Of a DNA stretch of 64,000 bases, positions 50,930 through 64,000 are shown in pieces. The number at the start of each line of letters is the position of its first letter. The first letter of the stretch is position 1. Source of the DNA: the human T2T-CHM13v2.0 reference genome, Homo sapiens; NCBI RefSeq assembly GCF_009914755.1, contig NC_060948.1. The stretch is one strand, 5' to 3'. The notes below the pieces were generated by a model. It worked only from the letters and a program-made list of their open reading frames with translations. It was not told where the DNA came from and made no database searches. The translations under genes were made by a program, and so were the position numbers.

Positions 50930-53900
50930 TAACCCTAAACTTAATCATAACGTTAACCTTAACTCAGCCTCTACCCCGATCCTAAGCAGGAATCCCTAAC
51001 ACTAACAGCAACTCTAAGCCACAGACTTGACCCCAACATCAACCCTATGCCTAGCCACTCACCAAAACCTAAACCCTAAAACAAATCCCAACTCTAAATC
51101 CTAAATCTAACAGCTAAACCTGAATTTGACCCTGACCCTGAAAATAACCCTAATCCAAGTGTAATGCAAACATTACAGAAACCTGAACTTAAGCTCTAAG
51201 CCTAAAACCTTAACCCTGAAACACTAACCGTAAGACAAAAACACTAACAGTAAGCAAAAAAACCATCTCTAACCCTCAAAAGCTAATGTTAAGCCTAACA
51301 CTAACAACAACCCCTAAATCTAACCCTAAATTCTAACTTCTAAACCTGCTTTTTGAGCATGATCATAACATTCACAATAAGTCTAATACTAACCCCTGAC
51401 CCGAATGCTAAAACTCTTATTACTACCTTAACCCTACACCTACATGACAGTGAAACCTAGCTGTTACATAAAACCTAAACCCTAATCCTAACATTAATCT
51501 TTAGGTCAACCCTAACCCTATACCTAATCCTAACCCCTGACCCTAAGCCTGACTACTAACATTAACTCTAACCCTAATGTGTTACTGCAATCTGTATCCT
51601 AATGCTCATCCTAACACTAATTCTAACCAATAATTGTAACCTCAACTGTAATCATATTAATAAACATAACCTGAACCCCTTAATCTAAATTTAAACACTC
51701 ACCATAACTATAACCCTAAAGCTTAATCTACTCTTACCCTAACCCTAAAAATAACATTAAACAATAATTCTAATCTGAATCCTAATTCTAACACGGTGTC
51801 CTATCTGTAACACCAACAGACCCACAACCACTAAACTCCAACCCTAATACTAACCCCTAACACTAATTCTATATCCTAAAGCTAACTCTAACCCTGAATT
51901 TTAACCTGTAACGCTGTAACCTAAACGCTGTATGCTAAACACTAAACGCATACCCTGTAACACTAAACATAAAAGTTACTCTATCTGATAACCTAAATGT
52001 AATTCTTCCCCTAAATACTAACCCTAACACTTAGTCCAAAATCTAACCTTGAAAACATAACCCAAAGCAAACCCCTTATTTTTAAATGTAATCCTAATGT
52101 TAACAATAAAACACTGAAAAACTACACCTAACCACAAACTCAACACATAACCCTAACAATAACACTAATCCTAACTGTAAAAGCATGAAACCTGAACTTT
52201 AACATTAAAACCAACCTAACTCTAAACCCATTAATAAAAATAAGCCTAAATCATTACTCTAAACCTAAAGCCTAAAACCTAACTATAATCTTAATCCTAA
52301 ACCATAAACTCTAACTGTAACCTGTAACTGTATCCATAAACCAAAACCCTAACCCTAAATGCTAAACTAAACCTTAGTCCCTAACTGTAACCCTAACTAA
52401 AATGCTAATACCCAACACTAATCCTAAACCCTAACACTAACTGAAAACTCTATTCCTAATCCCTACCCCAAATCCTAACCGGAACTTCAACACTAACACC
52501 AACCCCAAATGTACGCCCTAACAGTAAGCCTAACACTAAGCCTAACCTTACCACAAATCCTAACCCTTTTACCCTCAACTTAACCCTACCCCTACATGAA
52601 CACCAACCCCAAACATAAACATAAACCCTACTTTACACTAAACAGAGAATCCTAAGCCCAAATCCTAAACCTAATTATAACACTAACCCTAAACAATGCC
52701 CTAACCTTTAGCAAAACCCTAAACCCTAACTCTAACACTAACACCTCATCAAAAGCCCTACTCTAAGCCTAACACTAACCCTCAGCCTAATCTTTAGCCA
52801 AACGCTTTGACCATCATCCTAACCCTAACTCAACCACAACCAGGCACCCAATGTTAAACCACAAACTAACACTAAACCCTAATCCTAAATTTTAACAATA
52901 AACCAAACATTTTAATTATAACTCTAACACTAAGCATAACACTTGCCCTAATTTTAACCCTCATCCTGAATCCTAAACCTAACCCTCACCCAAACTCTAA
53001 TCGGAACCCTTACACTACCACATAAAGCTAACCCTAATTCTAACTATAAATCCCCAAATCCCAAAAACACTGAAGGTAGCTTTAACTGCATCCCATAACT
53101 CTAAAACTCACACTAACACTAACCCTAATACCTTTATCCTAAGAGTAAAACTAACATAATTCTAACATAATCTTAACCTTAGCACCAAACCTAAAAATAA
53201 CTCTTATCCTAAACACTGAACCTAATCATAACCTGAACCCTAAATGAGAAAACCTAACCCTTAACACTAACCCTAGTCCTAAAGCAAAATCTGTAACCCT
53301 AATTAAAACTAAACCCTTAACCTAAACCTAATCTTAGCCCCTAACTCTACAAAAACCTTAATACTAACACTAACAATAAATGCTAACCCCTAACCTTAAC
53401 ACTAAACAAAACCCTAACACTAAACCCTAACCCTAACCCTAAACTCTAAACTGAACCCTAACTGTTACCCTAATTGTGACCACTAACCTCAACCTCAACA
53501 CAAACTCAGCCTTAACAGTCATGCTAAACTTAAATCAAAAACCCCAACCATATGCCCAACACTATCACTAACATCTAACCATAAATGTTGATCACTATCA
53601 TTAACAATATCCCTAAACCCTAACCCAGAACCCTGAACTCTAACCCTACATGTAACCCTAAGCCCTATCCTAATGCTAAACACTAACCCAAATACTGAAA
53701 TACTCTAACACTTACCCTCACACTAAACCTCAATACTAACACTAACCCCGGCCAGGACCCTGATTCCTAACCTCTAACTGGAAGCCTGTCTTTTTACCCT
53801 AAACCTAAGCATAACCCAACCCCAAACCTAACCTCTAACCCTGATTCTGACCCCTAGCCCTAAACTCAACCCTAACCCATAAACCTAATCTTAACCCTAA

Positions 53901-54005
53901 CTGGAACCCTAATCCTACCACAACACTAAATCTTATTTCAAGCCCAGCCCTAACCCTCAATCTAATCCTGAACTTTTTCTGCAATTGTAAACCCTATCCC
54001 AATCC
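50930..54005 (+). repeat. ~3-kb highly degenerate interstitial telomere-like (CCCTAA)n array
   Basis: Continuous ~6-bp periodicity of CCCTAA, CACTAA, CTCTAA, TCCTAA and ACCTAA variants with a G-poor + strand. Longest perfect run noticed is about three units near 53424. Confidence 0.9.
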
Positions 54006-54691
54006 TCCGTTTCTATTCTATCCTTAAGGTTACACCATTATGCTTAAAAAACTTTAAATACATCCTGTATGACTCTAACCTCTAGCCCCTTATACCCATA
54101 AGAGTACAAGAAGTCATATCTCTTTTTAAGCCCAAATTAGTGTTGAATTAAACAAATGGTATCACTGGGACAAAAAACTAAATGTTACTATATCTGCTAA
54201 CTATAGACATTATAATCTTTAACCAAATAAGTGAAGACATTATAAACCACGATGTTTAAGATCTTTTCTCAGAAAATCAAGTTTTGTTTTTTTTTTACCA
54301 TTCTAACGTCATCCCTTTTCAACATATTATGTAAATCAAATGTTGAAATACACCACGTTTGTCTCAACTTTTATAAAAAGTACTTAAAGACAGTCAACAC
54401 ATTTAATAATTAAAAATCCAATAAACTGTATTTCAATTTTTTCCCATGATAAAACATCTTTATGCAAAACCGATAATAATCATCATCTAAATTGTTGGGA
54501 ATGAAAGCTTTAAGATGAGGAACACAGCATTGATGCTCAACTGTATTAAACCCTGTACTAGAAGTTCCAGAAGAACAATTACATATATATATGCAAACAC
54601 ACACAAAGCTATTCATATGTGGAAGAGAAAAGTAAAACTATTCACAGATCTCATACACAGAAAACCATAAGGAACCATCTAGAAATTATGA

Positions 54692-55080
<389 letters not shown>

Positions 55081-55239
55081 ACAAAATCTATTTCTATTCA
55101 CTAGTAATAAACCCTATAAAAATGAAATTAAGATGACAACTTTATTTCTAAAAAAAAAAGAAGAAGCAGCTGGAATATTTCCCACTGCCCTGAAAGACAC
55201 AGATATCAGGCAGCCGAGGTCTGGGACAGCCTTTGAGTT

Positions 55240-55935
55240 GAGGCTGTGCTACTATATTGGGACCTGGCTGGAATCACTGTGGGGCTAACCAGAAACTGTT
55301 CAAGTTCCTGAGAAATCAACGTCGAATTCCTTTAAAATATAATGGATGAAGAAAAGAAAATCTCTAGCGGTTTTGAAAACCCTAATGCCATGATGTCAAA
55401 TAATGTCTTTTGAGTCATAAATTTTTAGAAAAAATCCTGCACAAACATCAGCAATAATGAAACAGTAGTTGAGTGGCCCAGGCCATTTTGCTGAGAAGAA
55501 AACCATTGAGGTCAATTTGAGAGACATCCCTTCATGAGCACTGTCAAGAGCATGCACATATTTTACCTACACATTTTACTATACCTACAGCTCCACAGGG
55601 ATTTTTAAATTCTGATTTCACATAAAACTGCACTAGAATTTCTGACGGCTGTAAACTTTCTAGATTGTATGTAAATACAATTGATTGTGTATCAATACAA
55701 TAGATTGATATAATAAAATAAATTATAATCACCTGGTAACTCTTTTCAGTGTTTAAGACTTGTAGTTGAGTTTGTATTTTTTCACAGACAGTACATTCCC
55801 TGTATGCAATGTAACTATAAAATTAATTGCTATGAAGGTTGTCTTCAGTTTTTCATAACAGAGTTGAAATTTGTTTGCAATGTCAACAAATTAAGGACAT
55901 TTTCATAACTGAGAAATAAACAAATATGGCAATTC
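55240..55935 (+). pseudogene. Processed pseudogene of elongin C (ELOC/TCEB1), CDS relic 55342-55668
   Basis: Reads [66 protein letters not shown], against ELOC [52 protein letters not shown]. No introns; UTR-like flanks with AATAAA at ~55915. Confidence 0.92.
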
Positions 55936-56209
55936 ATAGGTGGTTTTGCTTTATCCTATGGATATGACTTTTAAAATGAACAATGATGATCTAGAAAATG
56001 CTGGAAACTAGAACTAATAAACATGTTTTTCAGTTAAACAATTGGGCTAAGTGTTTTTATGTGTTTAGTTATTTGTTAATAAAATTCTTCAGTTTGTAGC
56101 TGCCCATAGCATTGCTGGAGTTATTCAAATAATTGCATTATAGGTATGCTCATAACTTAGCCAAAACATTGATTTATTTTTACTGACCCTGACACAATAA
56201 ATGTTGTAT

Positions 56210-56480
56210 TGATGCCTGTAATCTCAGCACTTTGAGAAGTCAAGGCAGGCACATCTCTTGAGCCCAGAGGTTTCAGAAGAGCCCAGGCAACATGGCAAAC
56301 CATTGTCTCCAAGAAAATAAAAAAGAAAGAAAAAGAAAAATAATTAGCCAGGTATTGCAGTGGAAGCTAAGGCAGACAGATTCAAAGGAGCCCGGGAGTG
56401 AGAAGCTGCAGGCTGCAATGAGCCATGATGGCTCATTGTAGTCCACACTTGACAAAAAGTGAGACCCTGTCTGAAAGACA

Positions 56481-56568
<88 letters not shown>

Positions 56569-56700
56569 AGGAAAGGAAGGAAGGAAGGAAGGAAGGAAGG
56601 AAGGAAGGAAGGAAGGAAGGAAGGAAGGAAGGAAGGGAGAGAGAGAGAAAGAAAGAGAGAAAGAAAGAAAGAAAAAAGAAAGGAAGAAAAAGAGAGATAT
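56210..56700 (+). mobile_element. AluJ with tail expanded into an (AAAG)22...(AAGG)15 STR
   Basis: Old Alu body 56210-56475; tetranucleotide array 56480-56636 followed by a GA-rich tail. Confidence 0.9.
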
Positions 56701-57021
56701 GAGTTGAAATTCCTTAAGTCCTTTGATAAACTTCAGTATTGTTTTAATGTGTCTTGTCATCTCATTTTTTTATTACTACAATTCAAGGAGTTTATTTAAA
56801 GACAATTTGGGAAGGTTAACAGCTACAAATTTTTAAGAAGTAATTGAACTTTACCCAGGTGGTTGATAAGTCAACTATACAACTTAGAGTTCTTGTGCAT
56901 TATGTCTTCTGGCCAATTCAAAGTACTATATTTTCATTGATTATAAAGCAAATTATCCTTTTCAACTTTCAAAACAGAAACCAAAAACAAACAAACAAAC
57001 AACAACAACAACAACAAAACA

Positions 57022-57188
57022 GGCTGAATGTTGTGGCTTACACCTGTAATTCCAGTACTTTGGGAGGCCAAGCAGGGAGGATTGCTCAAGCCCAAGTGTT
57101 TGAAGCTGCAGTGAGCTATGATTGCACAAGTACGTTCCCACATGGGCCAAAGAATAAGGCCCTGTCTCAAAGAGCAACAACAAAAAGC
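57022..57188 (+). mobile_element. FLAM/Alu monomer-type element
   Basis: ggctgaatgttgtggcttacacctgtaattccagtactttgggaggcc...gctgcagtgagctatgattgcac. Confidence 0.85.
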
Positions 57189-57189
57189 C

Positions 57190-58100
57190 AACGATCATAA
57201 AGTTTTCAAGACGAACTTTTATCAAGGTGCAAGAATTAGACATGAAAAATTACAAAATACTGCTGAAATAAATTCCAGAAACCCTTCATAAACGTAAAGA
57301 TACTCAGTGCTTTTGGATTAGAAGATGATTCTTATGTGACAATACTGCACAAAGCAAACTACAAATTCATTGTGATTTCTATGAAAATACCAAAGTCCTT
57401 TTGGCAGAAATGGGCAAGCCAATTCTAACATTCATATACATTTCAGGGGATGCTGAATAGCCAAAATATTCTTGAAAACAAAAACAAATATTGCTGCTAA
57501 GCAGCAGTCATCAAAACAGCATAATACTGGTGTAAGGACACACACAGAGGTCAATGGAACTGAAGGTTAATTCCAACTGTACCTCTATAGTCAATTGATT
57601 TTTGACAGGTAACCAAGATCAGTAAATTCAACAAATGCTGTTATGCAACTGAATACCGCATTCAGACAAAGAAATTGTACTTTTCTCACAACAGAACATA
57701 AAATTAACAGAAAATGTTTCAAAGCCTACATATTAGAGGTAAAAAAAGAAACTTTAGAAGAATATATGGGGATAGATCTTCATAATGTTGGATTTAGCAG
57801 TGGTTTCTTAGATCTGATACCAAAAGCACAGTCAACTAAAGAAAGAATTTTCTCAAAATTAAACATTTTTGTGCATCAAAAGACACTGTCAAGAAAGTGA
57901 AAAGACATGGTACAGAAAGGAAGGCTTGCATTTTATGTATGTAACAACAGTCTGCTATCGACAATGTATGAAGACTTTGCATACCTCAGTAACAAAATAA
58001 AAGACAAACAATCCAGGTACAAAACAGAGAAGTAGTTGAATACACACTTCACCAAAAAGACATGCATATGGAATACAAGCACATAAAAAGATGACCAGTA
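57190..58100 (+). mobile_element. Old L1M ORF2 3' fragments
   Basis: Degraded L1 ORF2 motifs such as GFLDLIPKAQSTKE. Confidence 0.7.
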
Positions 58101-59619
58101 AAATATATAAGTTTTACTCCATCAGGTGTTTCCTAAATAAGCTTTTCTCATAGTCATGTGATTCCGTGTGGGAAAATTAGTCCTATCCAGCTCGACTTAA
58201 GGAGCAGCTAAGTTAACAATACTGCTGGGGAGCAAGTTTGCTTGGATGAGAAAATAAATACCTGGCAAGAAATAATATTCTGAAATGAAAACTTTCTTGC
58301 TGGACTAAAGTTTCCAGTAGAGCTGATAGTTTGTCCCTCAGCCTCCATGGGCCCAAAATTTATCATCCAGCAGGAAGTAATAAGGGAAGTCATTAAGTTA
58401 ATGAGGTACATGGGTACACAAATGCCCCAAGTCTCATATCAAAGCTGTGACATAATTACATACCCTCACAGCATTTCAATATTCAAATATTAACAATTCA
58501 TCTGCTTAAATATCTAAGCTTACTTTATTTACTTTACACTATACAGTTAAGGAGGTTTACAAATATTTATATGAATTGTCATGTCGTGTTCTAGGGCTTT
58601 TTTGTCACTTAAATGTATTGATGGACTACGTTACATGTAAGTACTTAAACCTAACATAACTTGGAAATAATAACACACGGTTACGGAAGATAGCAAGGTA
58701 ACAGTCTGCCCGATAAATTCTTATGTAATTTCAATAATTAATAGTGTCATTAGTCTTCAGCACTGAGATGTTTTATTTACTAATTTCCCCAAACATGAAC
58801 TTTCATTGCATTAACTATTATTTCCTTGATTTATAAATTGAGAGTGATCTCATCAATTATCTAACAAATAATGAATTTCTTTTTATCTTTAGAAACAGCA
58901 CATCATTATCTTTTCTACAGTTAAATAGCACAAGCTCTGACTTTATTAGCTGGACAAAGCCTTGGGAAATTAGATAAGTGTGGGCACTAGGTGAATAGAT
59001 TGAGAGATAGCACATAAAATTCCTGAGACACTCCAGACACTGTGTTACCACAATTAAAATCAGATGAGACTGCAGGTAGTTGAGCAGACTGAGTGGGCAC
59101 AGGAAACAGGCAGGAGAACTTGGGGTCTGCAGCTATGGTGAGTTCTATGGTTCTTGTTCTAAGGTCAGTGGGAAACCATTGGCAAAATTAAATCAGGAGA
59201 GTGACAGGATGAAACTTGTGTTTGTAAGTGAATATTTTGCCATTACCCTTACCAGTACCAACCCTGTATTTCCCGATGTTGTAGTTATGTGGTGGTACCC
59301 TTGGAGAATGTCTCCACTTTTTGTAAAACCCACTGGGATATTTTGCATAAAGCTTCAAATCTGGCACAGCAGAAACCACTGGAGATTCTGGGAGAGAGGA
59401 TTACTCTATACTAATAGCTATTGGAAGTTTCCTAGAAGTATGAAATTATTGAGAAATAAACTACTTTTTAATAAAAACAACCATGTCAATACCTTGTCAC
59501 TAAAGCAGAGACAACAACATCAAACATCATTATAGAGGCCAAATCCAACCCAAATCCAGCTCAGTGGAAGCTCTGAAAAAAAGTGCCCTGGTAAGAGTAG
59601 GAATGTTATGACAGCATTG

Positions 59620-60165
59620 CAGGTGTTACATCTTTATGTTGAGAGTTACATCAGTAATTATGGGTGTTACATCATATTATGGTTGTTTCATTTGTATTAC
59701 AAATGTTGTGTTAGTATTATGGGTGTTAGTATTACCGGTGTTACATCAGTATTACAGTTGTTACATCAGTATTACGGTTGCTATATTTGTATTGCAGGAT
59801 GATATAATGGTATTATGAGTGGTATAATGGTATTATGAGTGTTACAGTTGTATTACAGGTGTCAGGACAGCATTATTACACAAGTGTTATGGATGTTTCA
59901 TTTGTATTGTGGGTTGTATATTGGTATTATGAGCTTGGCACTTGTATTATGGGTCTTAGATAAGTATTCCGGTTGTTATATTTGTGTTTCAGATGGTATA
60001 CTGGTATTATGAGTGTTTTATTGCTGTTAATGAGTGTTACAGTGGTAATACGGGTGTTAGATGAGTATTTCAGGTGTTACATTAGTATTACGAATGACAC
60101 ATCTGTATTATGGTTGATATATTTGTTTACAGATGTTATATTTCTATTACAGATGTTATATGATG
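59620..60165 (+). repeat. Degenerate 20-bp minisatellite (~27 units, consensus about GGGTGTTACATTAGTATTAT)
   Basis: Units such as cggtgttacatcagtattac, agttgttacatcagtattac, gagtgttacagttgtattac and aggtgttacattagtattac. Confidence 0.85.
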
Positions 60166-60309
60166 AATGATACATTTGTGGCACGAGGCCACGGTGTGGA
60201 CCTGGCATTGTGGCCACCACAAATTGTGTGTGGGGAAGGACGTTGGGGTGCACTTAAAGCCATGGGATATTTTTATGTTTAATTTTCCACAAGAAGCCCT
60301 TCTCCTGGG

Positions 60310-60575
60310 TCCCTGATCCTCAGCAGTCAGAGGGAAATTTTTATTTACCACTCCCTCCAGCTGTCCCACAGCAAGGCGTTGTTGCTCTGGTCTGTGCTGA
60401 GAAGAACGCTGCTCTCCCCCTCAAGCAGCATGCGCTGAAAACACCTGCACTCCCAGGGTCAGAAAAGGCAGACTCTTGCGTCCCCTGCTAGCAGCCGGAA
60501 GAACTGCAGGACACTCATGGTCAAGGTGAAGCAGCCGCGTGCGTGCGACGCCCCACCTGGCTGGCCTGCGGCACC
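60310..60575 (+). repeat. TAR1-like subtelomeric fragment (37-bp-like and 61-bp-like units, degraded CTCF motif at 60478-60492)
   Basis: ggtctgtgctgagaagaacgctgctc and gcgtcccctgctagcagccggaagaactgcagg...tcaaggtg resemble recalled TAR1 units gtctgtgctgaggagaacgcagctcc and gcgccccctgctggcagctagggacattgcagg. Confidence 0.7.
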
Positions 60576-60649
60576 AAATAAAAGCAGAGGTCAGACTGTT
60601 CAAAGCCGTCATTTTAGAAATTCAAATGGAAATGTTGCCTATTATCTTG

Positions 60650-61470
60650 GTTTCTTTTTTTATTATTATTTTAGTTTCAGGCGTACATGTGAAGGTTTGT
60701 TATATAGGTAAACTCCTGTCATGGACGTTCGTTGTACAGATTATTTCATCACCCAGGTATTAAGACTAGAACTCAATAATTATTTTTCCTGCTGGTCTCT
60801 CTTTTCCCACCCTCCACCCTCAAGTAGGTCCCATGTCTATTGTTCCCTTCTTTGTGTTCATGAGTTGTCATCATTTAGCTCCCACTTCTAGTGAAAATAT
60901 GTGGTATTTGGTTTACTGTTCCTACATTACTTTGCTAAAGATAATATCCTCCAGCTCCATCCATGTTCCCTCAAAGGCATAACTGTATTCTTTTTTATGG
61001 CGGCATAGTATTTTTTGTGAGTATGTGCCACATTTTCTTTAATCCAAACCATCACTGATGGGCATTTAGATTAATTCCATGTCTTCTGTTGGGAATAGTC
61101 CGCATGAACATTTGCATTCATGTGTCTTTATGGTATAATGATTTATATTCCTTTGAGTACATATCCAGTAAAGGGAATGCTGGGTTGAACAGTAGTTCTG
61201 CTTTCCAGTCTTTGAGGAATTGCCCTACTGCTTTCCCCAACAGTTGAACTAATTTACATTCCTACCAACAGTGCATAATTTTTCCTTGGTTTCTGTAACC
61301 TCGCCTGCATCTGTTATAACTTTTCTTTACAATAATAGCCATTCTGACAGGTATGAGATGGTATCTCACTTTTTTTTTTGCTTTGATTTGCACTTCTTTA
61401 ATAATCAATAATATCGAGCTTTTAAAAATAAGTTTATTGGCTGCCTGTATGTCCTTTGAAAAGTGTGTGT
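60650..61470 (-). mobile_element. L1 3' end (older L1PA/L1PB type)
   Basis: T-rich start followed by antisense L1 3'UTR and ORF2 C-terminus (RYHLIPVRMAII). Confidence 0.88.
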
Positions 61471-61552
61471 TCACACTTCTCACAAGAAGACATTTATGCA
61501 GCCAACATACGAAAAATGCTCATCATCACTGGCCATTAGAGAAATGCAAACT

Positions 61553-64000
<2,448 letters not shown>

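Noticed and set aside
56344-56799. Lys/Glu/Arg-rich and Phe/Leu/Ser-rich ORFs
   Set aside because: Translations of the AAAG/AAGG STR.
59080-59535. 151-aa ORF
   Set aside because: Non-ATG start; it appears to span old L2/L1M-like fragments and has no motif.
59620-60165. CRISPR-like array
   Set aside because: Head-to-tail degenerate units without unique spacers, no cas genes, eukaryotic context.

Overview
Primate, almost certainly human, Y-chromosome ampliconic DNA: the CDY1 locus, known to lie in AZFc palindrome P1. The only intact gene is the intronless retrogene CDY1 (14872-16494, 540 aa, chromodomain plus crotonase-like domain). A 420-nt GT-AG intron gives its 554-aa alternative C-terminus. 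Upstream is a disabled tandem CDY copy duplicated together with its flank. Most of the rest is transposon-derived: L1s at both ends, Alus, a ~24-kb pile of nested and duplicated class I ERV pieces, a MER11 solo LTR and a 5'-truncated HML-6-like provirus. There is also an ELOC processed pseudogene and several STRs, one matching DYF371/DYS425. The most unusual signals are: (1) degraded exon relics of a PTPN13/FRMPD2-like multi-PDZ gene at 4.4-5.9 kb, 47.9-48.2 kb and possibly 58-59 kb, none recoverable from the ORF track; (2) a ~3-kb eroded (CCCTAA)n array with a co-oriented TAR1-like subtelomeric fragment and a 20-bp minisatellite, suggesting a fossil chromosome end; (3) three-level ERV nesting with readable target-site duplications; (4) a ~1-kb inverted repeat around a long (TTC)n tract. 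All homology calls are by-eye comparisons with recalled sequences; no searches were run. No CRISPR, rRNA or tRNA genes were seen, and no intact novel gene system is supported.
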